DNA from: Nitrospirota bacterium
Lineage (GTDB): Bacteria; Nitrospirota; UBA9217
NCBI GenBank assembly: GCA_963845065.1
Contig: CAWJQQ010000003.1
Span: forward strand, 64,001 to 128,000
Reading direction: 5' to 3'
DNA length: 64,000 nt
Each line of letters begins with the position of its first letter. The first letter of the stretch is position 1. Position numbers and translations under genes: made by a program. The notes beneath the pieces were generated by a model. The model worked only from the letters and a program-made list of their open reading frames with translations. It had not been told where the DNA came from and made no database searches. Shown here one piece after another: positions 1 to 8,369 of this stretch.

Positions 1-159
1 GGTTGCAGGCTCAAGAAGGTAATCGTGGACAAGTTCAATATCCTACCGGAGAAGCTTGAGATAGGCACTGACGCAGGAAAGGACCTTCTGAACGCTAAGT
101 TCCACATTGATCCGTCAGGAATCAGAATCATCGCTAAGCCGGAAAGGAAGATCGGTTAA
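1..159 (+). CDS. glgC: Glucose-1-phosphate adenylyltransferase, C-terminal end (partial, 5' end outside window)
   Basis: Frame 1 reads GCRLKKVIVDKFNILPEKLEIGTDAGKDLLNAKFHIDPSGIRIIAKPERKIG* (TAA 157-159), matching the GlgC C-terminal beta-helix tail pattern. Confidence 0.75.
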   Translation, partial: GCRLKKVIVDKFNILPEKLEIGTDAGKDLLNAKFHIDPSGIRIIAKPERKIG

Positions 160-494
160 GAGGCATGAATATTACTCATTTCATCATTGATCAGAGAAGC
201 ATGCGTTTTCAAGCAGGCGATTCAAGTCCACTTGCTTTCCTCTTGGTATTTGATTTGAAAAATGATGAGAATAATATAGCCGCTTAGCGACGTGAGTTCA
301 TGTTCCTGTTCAGGCTCGATGTCAACGTTGTTATGTAGGGCATGCGCTAACGAAATCAAATGGTAACTTTATGAGTTAAGAGAATGAAAAGTTCAATTAC
401 TACAGATTATACAGTTAACTGAATGCTTCAAACGGAATTCATCGCTATTTCGCCGGCCTTGTCGCTTCGATTATAACATCTGCAAGTCTACACT

Positions 495-1025
495 GCCACC
501 CATTTGAAGGCTCCCTGTCAAGTGAAAAAGCCTACCCCGTGACGAGAAAATGATATTTTCTCGTCGATATCTTTTCAATCATCAACATCCGTACCATTGC
601 CGTAGTTTCATTCAGTTTGGGTATCAGTCGCTACTGTACCAGCCACCCATAAGGATTAAGGTCCTGCTGATGATGCGCGGTTCTCAGCATGACCCTTTCC
701 CCGCAGAGCGGGGACCAGAAAATCTTCGGCTCCTTGCCCCGCCCGTAAGGGTTTATAACAATACTCGTGGTTTTTTACCAGCCTCTAAGTGGTTCACGGC
801 ACGGGCAGTAACGATGCTGATGACTCTAAAGTTTTGGGTGGAGCGGTTTACCAATCAATATTTATGGTTCTTCCAGCACTGCAGCTGGTTCCCCGCTCCA
901 GCCATCTTGTTATCAATGATTTGTCATCCGAAGATCTTCTCGGGCTGAAAAACCAAATCATCCCGCATGACGTAGTACGCTGCCCTCGCCAGCTTGTGAG
1001 CCAGGGCATTAAGCGCACCCCTCTG
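495..1025 (-). mobile_element. IS110-family remnant: transposase C-terminus (924-1019) plus ~430-bp downstream non-coding right end
   Basis: Minus strand 1019-924 reads GALNALAHKLARAAYYVMRDDLVFQPEKIFG*, a typical IS110 C-terminus. An outward-facing TTGACA lies at 521-516 near the end. The 5' part is cut by the IS3 end at 1026. Confidence 0.75.
585..905 (-). ncRNA. Candidate IS110 bridge/seek-type guide RNA with three repeated loop modules
   Basis: Three stem-closed modules (903-836, 806-741, ~656-587), each with a loop ending GC-TGG...CCA. The third contains ATGGGTGGC (650-642), identical to the element end (503-495). Confidence 0.55.
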
Positions 1026-1170
1026 TGTCAATGTAATCGAGACACCTACCTTATGGTAAATTAGAGTAGAGGGCGGGGAGGAGAAATCATTATGATAGCA
1101 ACAAAGATCAAAGCAACCCGGGGAAACGAAGGAGCCCGTAGGGCGACTGAGGATCCCTGGGGCGAAGCCC
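1026..1170 (+). mobile_element. IS3-family left-end fragment with truncated orfA
   Basis: Starts TGTCAATGTAATCGAGACA. ATG at 1092 gives MIATKIKATRGNEGARRATEDP; EGARRAT is recalled as an IS3 OrfA leader motif. Confidence 0.5.
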
Positions 1171-1199
1171 CGCTAGAAGTCAATTCGTCTCAAAGTGTG

Positions 1200-1940
1200 T
1201 CTTCGGTCGAGAGAAACTGCGGCACACAGAGATCCATGCTGCTCATGAGCTGATATATCCGCTAATTTTTGAAGTTCGGGGTGACGGACAAGAGCCGTTC
1301 CCGGTGGAAGGGATTCTCGATCTTCTGGCTCCGGAGGAAGCTCCGTTTGTGGGTTGCGATTTTTTTCCCTTATTGTGTAGTTCGATATGATCGGGATAAG
1401 CCATGAGCTCGAGCGTTGCGCCAGAGAACGGGACCGAATAGCGATTAGTCTCGAACGAAACGAACCCCGTCTTGCCGAAAGTGAACACGATTGATCTGCG
1501 CGGCTGGTAGGGTATCTGCGGCAAGGCGACAAGCTGGATGTCTGTTTGTTCAGCTCAGCGATGCTATCGCAGGGGGTGACCCGCAGATGATCCTTAATGT
1601 CCCGAATAATCCGCTGGACGCGGCCTTTTTCGTTCGCCCGTCGCGGGGTGCAGGGATGGACCCCGAAGCTGTAATGTCGGCAGAAGTCCATGAACTGGGC
1701 GTTCAGCTTGAGCTCAGGCGTTCGCTTGATCACCACGCTTGTGAGGTTATCGTACCTGCACTTGCGGGGAACTCCGCCGATCTCCCGGAAGGCTTCGATG
1801 TGACCGTCCATAAAGAACTCCACGCTGCAGCGAGGACAAAACCGAACATATGCATAACGGGACCAGGCCAGAAGAAAAACAAAGCTGTACGCGATCCGGA
1901 CGGTATCCGCCACAGCGCCCAGTCTACCTGTGCCTCTTCT
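1200..1940 (-). pseudogene. istA: IS21 transposase IstA, C-terminal part (frameshifted)
   Basis: EAQVDW...LAWSRY...HIEAFREIGGVPRKCRYDNL...FCRHYSF...PRRANEKGRVQR and the Mu-transposase C-terminal-like ETNRYSVP. Confidence 0.8.
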
Positions 1941-1965
1941 TTATGTTGTGATTACCATAAGCAGC

Positions 1966-1993
1966 ATTATGGTAAGCAAGAAATTATGTTGAG
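1966..1993. repeat. RIT terminal inverted repeat, left copy (partner 5459-5486)
   Basis: ATTATGGTAAGCAAGAAATTATGTTGAG is the exact reverse complement of CTCAACATAATTTCTTGCTTACCATAAT. Confidence 0.95.
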
Positions 1994-2129
1994 CTGATAT
2001 CGTTGTCCACTTTAAACTCCTCAAATTCATGGCACTTCTCTGACAGACCACTTCACATAATTTCCCCTTTAGAGTTAATCTATCGAAGCCAAGATAGAAC
2101 CATTTTCAACTCAAATAAAGGGGGACCTG

Positions 2130-3386
2130 ATGCTAACCAAGATTCTTTCAAACGATTACCTTGAATGCTATAAGCAGTCTCGTTACCGAGATCGGATAAA
2201 CTTGATTGCCGAACGCCTTATCAACCTCAAGTACTTAGATGTCGTCATTGTCGAGCGTATCCATGAGTGGATTAGATTCACAAAATACTGTAGCGACTCA
2301 GGCATTGATGTCCCATCCAGCATCTATGCCCAGGATGTAAATGATTACATTCGAAGGCGCTTCCCGAGAGGAAGCGGAAGCCGCCGTCGGTTCATAAAGG
2401 CATCGATTCGGATCTTCATTGAAGCGGACGGTGTCGGCAAGTTCACCAAACGTATCCGCCCCTTACCAAGGCCAACTACTGCCATGTATCAAAAAAGTGT
2501 CCCTTCTTATTTGAACTTTCTCCGTCAGCACCGAGGCGTAACGGATAAAACGCTGCGTAAAAATGCCTTTGCCCTGTGTGAATTTACACAATATCTTAGC
2601 AACGTAGACGTGCTTGATTTTAACAATCTTGAAGCCAAACACATCCATGATTTCTGTATGAATCGGGGTAATCGTAAGGCAATCACCTGGGTCTCCTATA
2701 CGGGGATGATTAAACGTTTTTTAAAATATGTGTTTATCCGTGGTGAATTGGGACAAGATTTGTCTTACGCTGTAGGAAGGTCAAAGCACTATCGTCACAT
2801 TGGCCTTCACGATGTTTTGACCGGTGATGAAGTCGATAAAATCATGAAGTGCATCGATCGCTCCAATGCTATAGGCAGAAGAGATTATGCCATCCTTTTA
2901 CTCGCGGCACGATATGGCATGCGGCCATCCGATATCCGCCAGATTAGCTTGGATAATATTCATTGGCGTCAGAACCAGATTGTTTTTTGCCAGTCCAAGA
3001 CAGGCAATCAACTTGTTTTGCCGCTCTTGCCGGACGTATCTGTTGCTCTTATTGAGTATCTCCGAAACGGACGTCCTACAACAACGGCCAGGAATATCTT
3101 TATCCGCCATAAAGCCCCATTCGAACCATTCTCACCCGATGACAATCTTTCCCAGGTCATGATTAAAGCTCTTCATTATGCCGGGATGGGTCAACGGTCT
3201 GGCTCGAGGGGTCTTTATCTTCTTCGCCACAGTCTCGCGACAAGAATGGTTGGGGCCAATATTCCAATAAAAACGATTGGTGATGTTCTGGGACATACCA
3301 GAACAGATTCCACTTTTGGCTACACGAAGATCGATTTGGATAACCTACGTTCCGCCTCCTTATCTATCGCGGAGGTCACCCAATGA
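2130..3386 (+). CDS. ritA: Tyrosine recombinase RitA
   Basis: 418 aa; RDYAILLLAARYGMR, LLRHSLAT, LGH...STFGYTK; RBS AAGGGGG upstream. Confidence 0.88.
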   Translation: MLTKILSNDYLECYKQSRYRDRINLIAERLINLKYLDVVIVERIHEWIRFTKYCSDSGIDVPSSIYAQDVNDYIRRRFPRGSGSRRRFIKASIRIFIEADGVGKFTKRIRPLPRPTTAMYQKSVPSYLNFLRQHRGVTDKTLRKNAFALCEFTQYLSNVDVLDFNNLEAKHIHDFCMNRGNRKAITWVSYTGMIKRFLKYVFIRGELGQDLSYAVGRSKHYRHIGLHDVLTGDEVDKIMKCIDRSNAIGRRDYAILLLAARYGMRPSDIRQISLDNIHWRQNQIVFCQSKTGNQLVLPLLPDVSVALIEYLRNGRPTTTARNIFIRHKAPFEPFSPDDNLSQVMIKALHYAGMGQRSGSRGLYLLRHSLATRMVGANIPIKTIGDVLGHTRTDSTFGYTKIDLDNLRSASLSIAEVTQ

Positions 3387-4384
3387 TTAATCCATCGAAC
3401 TCACTAATAAAAAGTTTCAAGTCTCCTCTGGCCCCCCAGATTGAGCGCTTCCTTAAGTTTAAGCGCGCTGTAGGAAATCGCTACCGTTCTGAAGAGGAAA
3501 TGCTACACGCAGTGGACCAATTTCTGCTATCACAACTTCCAGCAAACGATCCTGTAATCACAGATCAAAACGTTCGTGCGTATTTATCACGAAATAAAGC
3601 TAATTCTGAAACCACGCGTGGACACCATCTCACCGTCCTGCGCCAACTCTGTTATTTTATCGCCCTGGAAGAACCACGAACGTTCATTCCTCCCCCATGC
3701 TTTCTGGGTATACGCCGTAGACCCTTTGTTCCACGCATCCTATCGCGTGCGGAAGGTCGGCAGTTTTTGGAAGCCTGCTTCCATCTTCCAAATGGCCGAT
3801 GCTCTCCACTCCGCAGCCTCGTACACGGAACGGCGTTAATGCTCCTATTTTTGACGGGCATGCGATTGGGGGAGGTCTTATCTTTAAACATCGCCGATGT
3901 TGATTTTATCAATGGGGTTCTAAGAATCCGTGAAAGCAAATTCGGTAAATCCAGATTTGTACCCTTGGCTCAAGATCTCATGAATCGTATGAAACAATGT
4001 CGACTCTTTGTAGAGCAGTCTATTGGCATGCGTCCCCCTGATGCCTGTTTTTTCCCGGGACCCAAAGGCCGTAGACTCACCAAGGATGCCCTCCGATATA
4101 CATTCCGTATGGTTTTGGCTGAAGCAAAAATCCCGTGGCTCGGTGTGGGAAAAGGTCCACGCCTCCATGACCTTCGCCACTCATTCGCCTGCAATAGGTT
4201 GCTTTTGTGGTATGAGCAAGGCGCAGACCTGAATGCCAAGTTGCCCATTCTTGCCACGTACCTCGGCCATGTCAGTCTTTCAAGTACTCAATATTACCTG
4301 CGATTAACTGAAGATCTCCTGAGCGCAGTAACAAGCCGTTATCAGCTCAGCTTCGGCAGTCTTATCGAAGAAAGGGGGAAATAA
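3383..4384 (+). CDS. ritB: Tyrosine recombinase RitB
   Basis: 333 aa; TGMRLGE, SKFGKSR, PRLHDLRHSFA, LATYLGH...TQYY; ATGA overlap with ritA. Confidence 0.9.
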   Translation: MINPSNSLIKSFKSPLAPQIERFLKFKRAVGNRYRSEEEMLHAVDQFLLSQLPANDPVITDQNVRAYLSRNKANSETTRGHHLTVLRQLCYFIALEEPRTFIPPPCFLGIRRRPFVPRILSRAEGRQFLEACFHLPNGRCSPLRSLVHGTALMLLFLTGMRLGEVLSLNIADVDFINGVLRIRESKFGKSRFVPLAQDLMNRMKQCRLFVEQSIGMRPPDACFFPGPKGRRLTKDALRYTFRMVLAEAKIPWLGVGKGPRLHDLRHSFACNRLLLWYEQGADLNAKLPILATYLGHVSLSSTQYYLRLTEDLLSAVTSRYQLSFGSLIEERGK

Positions 4385-5385
4385 TGGTTACCAGTCTTCC
4401 AAATTTGATTACGGATTTTTTTATGGTTCACCTTGGTGAGGAACGAAACGTGAGCGATCATACTGTTACAGCCTATCGTGACGCTTTAAAGATGTTGCTG
4501 TGCTTCGTAGCGCGTGTCCGAAGCTGTGAAGTCGATCGTTTGCACTTCGAATATCTTTCCGTAGAGGCTATCCTTGATTTCTTGAATCATCTGGAAACAG
4601 AACGGAGAAATTCCATTCGTAGCCGTAATGCTCGCTTGGCTGCCATCCATTCCTTTTTTCGTTACGTTATGGGTCGTGAGCCAGCACTTGCCTCTTTCTG
4701 TCAACGAGTTTTAGTCATTCCTTTTAAGAAAACAAGGCACCGGGTCCTCGGCTATTTAAACAAGGAAGAGATGAAGAATCTTCTTTCTCAGGTTGACCGT
4801 ACCACGGTGAGCGGCGAGCGCGATTATGTACTCTAGGCTCTTCTTTACGATACTGGCGCCCGTGTGCAAGAACTCCTCGATCTCAAACCCATCAATTTCC
4901 GTCTGGGGAGTCCTGCCTTTGTAAGAATCCACGGAAAGGGGCGCAAAGAGCGTTTATGTCCGCTTCTGCCGCAGACTGCTCATATTGTTGAACGCTTTCT
5001 TGCAGAGGAGGGGCGTATTTTTGAAGACAGGACGCCACTCTTCATCAATCGTTCCGGACAAAAGTTATCACGACACGGCGTGCGATATGTATTAAAAAAA
5101 TACTTGGTCATTGCGCAACAAAAAATGCCAGACATGAATTGTCGCGGTATCAGCCCTCACTCGCTGCGACATGCTAAGGCGATGCACTTGTTGCAAGCAG
5201 GATTACCTCTTATCACTATCAAGGATATCCTTGGCCATGCCGACATTAAATCAACTGAAGTTTATGTTCAAACAGATATGGAGATGAAGCGAAAGGCATT
5301 AGATCTCGCAGGAACTCCGTCCGAAGTGAAAAAATCGAGAAAGCCAATCACACCTGCTTTGCTCAAATGGCTAGAATCCCTGTAA
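4384..5385 (+). pseudogene. ritC: Tyrosine recombinase RitC with one in-frame TAG (4834-4836)
   Basis: RNARLAAIHSFF...RDYVL*ALLYDTGARVQE...GKGRKER...PHSLRH...LGH...TEVY reads continuously in one frame. Confidence 0.88.
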
Positions 5386-5486
5386 AGATATTATGCGTAG
5401 TATCTCGAATCAACTATTCCAGAAGAATCAAATCCTTTTAGCGCAGGTGGAGGTTTAACTCAACATAATTTCTTGCTTACCATAAT

Positions 5487-5856
5487 CTTCTGCGGGAAGG
5501 AACGTGAGCTCATGAAACACCGGCCTTTTACTTTTCCGCCGGTATTTGCGAGTGTGAACAGCGAACATGGTGTAACCGCCGGTATATCCATAGGTCTTCA
5601 AGCGGTTATACACTTGCTGCACTAAGAGATAGGTATGTTCCTGGTACCACTCTTCGATCAGACGCTCATAGGGTGCAAGGAGCGTCTGCTTGGGAGGCTT
5701 CTGTATGCTCTGACCATTGATGATTCTGGTGACACGCATCTTCCCCATGGAAAGCGCCTTCATGATTTGCCTGATCGACAGGCCTTCCACGGCGCGGAGA
5801 TGCTTCACTCTGCTTTCAAGCGATTCATCCTGATTACCGGCATGATCGGTCGTCAT
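5487..5856 (-). pseudogene. istA: IS21 transposase IstA, N-terminal HTH part
   Basis: EGLSIRQI...LLAPYERLIEEW...YNRLKTYGYTGGY...FHELTFLPAE, ending at the RIT junction. Confidence 0.8.
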
Positions 5857-5971
5857 GGTGGCATTATTATCGGACCGTGATAGGAACTTCAATACCGCCT
5901 TGTATCACACCACGAAAAAGCACAACAACGTATTGATTTGTTGGGGCTATTTCCCGCACTCGGCTTGTATC

Positions 5972-6379
5972 TCACGCGGAGCGGCATGGAGAGTCAGCCA
6001 ATCGTCCCGGAATATCAATGGGTTGAAAGGGCATCTCTGATTGTATCTCACGCAGCACGATGACATTTTTCTCAACTGCATCAAGGGCTTTTACAAACAT
6101 CTCGGCTTGTATCTCACCGGGTGTGAACTTCATACGCCGCTCTTTTCTCCGCTGTAGCCAGGTCTTCTGATAGTCAGGATGCTCCTGTCTCCATGCCTTG
6201 ACCTCATCGTACCTGCCAAGCCAGTAATCAGGATTCTTTCTTCGAAAGTGCTTGTTGTTCTCGCTCTTTCGAACTTTCCGGCACGCCACAGAACATGTCT
6301 TCTGACGCGGCCCAACCCTTCTGTCCGGTACGAACTTCACACCGCAGCACTGACAACGCTTCTCTCCAGCCATCCTCAT
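5972..6379 (-). CDS. Hypothetical Cys-rich (Zn-ribbon-like) protein inside the IS21-like element
   Basis: CQCCG...F.PDRR...RQKTCSVAC...W.RKNPDY-like pattern; lies between the IS left end and istA. Confidence 0.6.
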   Translation of the reverse strand: MRMAGEKRCQCCGVKFVPDRRVGPRQKTCSVACRKVRKSENNKHFRRKNPDYWLGRYDEVKAWRQEHPDYQKTWLQRRKERRMKFTPGEIQAEMFVKALDAVEKNVIVLREIQSEMPFQPIDIPGRLADSPCRSA

Positions 6380-6528
6380 TCGCTCTCTCTGAGTTCTGTG
6401 ATGGCTTCACTCTATTGACTTTAACTAAAAAGGAAAGACCGAAATGAACAAGAAAGGAAGGATCAAAAGACAGGAACTACACCGGAGACATCACCTTTAG
6501 AATCGTCCCCGAAATCATCGTTACGACA

Positions 6529-6934
6529 ACAATCGCTAAGCGTCTCCGGGCAAAGCTCAAAGAAGTGAGAAAAGAGATTATCCGCCGCCGACATGAGCTG
6601 GTGCCGACACTTGGTAAATGGCTTAGATCAGTGATACAGGGTCATCTCAATTACTTCGCAGTGCCCGGCAATAACAAGGCAGTGAACCGGTTCTGCACTG
6701 AGATAACTAAGGCATGGCTCTTTGCGTTAAGGCGACGTAGCCACAAGGCCAGAAATCTTATGTGGGATCGCATGAAATGCCTGATAAAGACGTGGATACT
6801 CACAATCAAAGTCAGACACCTTTACCCGAGCCAAAGGCTTCGCGTGAACTACCCGAGGTAAGAGCCGTGTGAAGTAGTGCTTCTAGCACGGATCAGTGCG
6901 GGAGGCGTCCGGCAACGGATGTCCCTACCGCGAT
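6529..6934 (+). mobile_element. Group II intron 3' remnant: maturase X-domain fragment (to 6861) plus RNA domains V-VI
   Basis: TIAKRLRAKLKEVR...WLRSVIQGHLNYFAVPGN...RRRSHK. Domain V GAGCCGTGTGAAGTAGTGCTTCTAGCACGGATCAGTGCGGGAGG starts at 6862. Domain VI ends CCCTACCGCGAT. Confidence 0.88.
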
Positions 6935-6994
6935 CGATCTCATCGCTTGGTGGAGGCGTTTGCATTACGAATATAACCCCTTACAACCGATTCC

Positions 6995-7023
6995 TTGACA
7001 TCACAATTATCTGATGCTATGGT
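6995..7023 (+). promoter_or_regulatory. Sigma70 promoter for the thiolase/acyl-CoA dehydrogenase genes
   Basis: TTGACA-17 bp-TATGGT with an extended -10 TG. Confidence 0.6.
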
Positions 7024-7111
7024 TTACAAAAGTTGACTTTTGGTATGTGATATTTTTCTGGACAGTTACAACAATATTTTGGAATCACATTTTACCCTTG
7101 TCAAGGAAGCT

Positions 7112-8275
7112 ATGGAAGACGTTGTTTTAATTAGTGCGATCAGGACGGCAATCGGCAAATTCGGTCACTCCCTAAAGAGCATTCCTGCGCCGCGACTCGG
7201 AGCCCTTGTAATAGCTGAGGCGGTAAAACAGGCGGGCATTCAGGCAGGGCGTGTTGACGAGGTGATCATGGGCAATGTGATCTCCGCGGGTTTGGGGCAG
7301 AACCCTGCCCGTCAGGCTGCAATCTATGCTGGTATCCCCGTTGAAACCGGTTCAGTTACGATCAATAAGGTGTGTGGATCCGGACTGAAGGCGGTTATGT
7401 TCGCTGTCCAAGCTATAAAAGCAGGCGACGCAGACATTATCGTTGCTGGCGGTATGGAAAACATGAGCGCCGCCCCCTACCTAGTCAGAAATATTCGGTG
7501 GGGATTAAAGTTCGGTGATACGTCAATGGCTGACTCCATGCTCAATGACGGGTTATGGGATGTGTACAATAACTTTCTTATGGGGATGACGGGAGAGCGG
7601 ATAGCCGAAAAATTCGGTATCACCCGTGAGGAAGCGGACGCATTTAGCCTGGAAAGTAATCGCAAGGCCTCACGCGCTACCCATGAGGGGAAATTCAGGG
7701 AAGAGATCCTCCCTATCGATATCCAGGGACGGTCCTTTGATACAGACGAATGCATCCAGAAGGACACTTCCCTGGACAGGCTTGCGGCACTTCCTCCTGT
7801 GTTCAAGCAAGACGGCATCCTGACCGCAGGAAACAGCTCCAAACTTAGTGACGGCGCTGCCGCGCTGGTAGTTACGTCGGCCCGAACCGCCCGTTCATTA
7901 GGTATTGAACCGATGGCGCGCATCATAGATTATGCTGTTGGCGGCACAAGGCCGGAAGATGTGATGGAGGCCCCGATACCGACAGTCAAGAAGCTCCTTG
8001 CCAAGACCGGTTTTACCATAGACGACATGGATCTGATCGAACACAATGAAGCCTATGCGCCTGCATCGGTTGTCGTCTCAAGAGAATTGGGCATTGATCC
8101 CAATAAATTCAATGTCAGTGGCGGTGCGATCGCCCTAGGGCATCCCATAGGGTGCAGTGGCGCAAGGATCCTCGTGACGCTGGTCCATGCCTTAAAGGAA
8201 AAGGGATTGACGAGAGGACTCGCTACTCTGTGTTTAGGCGGTGGTAATGCGGTGGCAATGATTATAGAGCGATAA
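7112..8275 (+). CDS. Acetyl-CoA C-acetyltransferase (thiolase)
   Basis: NKVCGSG, HNEAYA, GHPIGCSG and LCLGGG motifs. Start taken at ATG 7112 after AAGGA. Confidence 0.95.
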   Translation: MEDVVLISAIRTAIGKFGHSLKSIPAPRLGALVIAEAVKQAGIQAGRVDEVIMGNVISAGLGQNPARQAAIYAGIPVETGSVTINKVCGSGLKAVMFAVQAIKAGDADIIVAGGMENMSAAPYLVRNIRWGLKFGDTSMADSMLNDGLWDVYNNFLMGMTGERIAEKFGITREEADAFSLESNRKASRATHEGKFREEILPIDIQGRSFDTDECIQKDTSLDRLAALPPVFKQDGILTAGNSSKLSDGAAALVVTSARTARSLGIEPMARIIDYAVGGTRPEDVMEAPIPTVKKLLAKTGFTIDDMDLIEHNEAYAPASVVVSRELGIDPNKFNVSGGAIALGHPIGCSGARILVTLVHALKEKGLTRGLATLCLGGGNAVAMIIER

Positions 8276-8369
8276 TTGCTCATCAGCTAAGGTAGCTTAG
8301 CACAGATGACGAAGCGAAGCGACTGATTCGGCAGGCACGGAGAAAGAAACTAGCGGACCGGGAGCGTCC

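Larger units (their letters stand above)
1941..5486 (+). mobile_element. RIT element (recombinase in trio) inserted into istA
   Basis: Three overlapping tyrosine recombinase genes. Perfect 28-bp inverted repeat at 1966-1993 / 5459-5486. Flanking 5-bp direct repeat CTTCT at 1936-1940 and 5487-5491. Confidence 0.92.
1175..6528 (-). mobile_element. IS21-like element (istA plus upstream Zn-ribbon ORF), interrupted by a RIT element; istB/right end absent
   Basis: Left end TGTCGTAACGATGATTTC at 6528. The istA halves at 5856-5487 and 1940-~1200 rejoin in frame as FLPAEEAQVDW. Confidence 0.7.

Noticed and set aside
280..400. attC-like GTTATGT / GCTAAC motifs after glgC
   Set aside because: No convincing inverted pairing or cassette ORF.
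550..1064. ORFs 550-948 and 789-1064 as genes
   Set aside because: They are antisense to the IS110 C-terminus and its structured end, and show no protein motifs.
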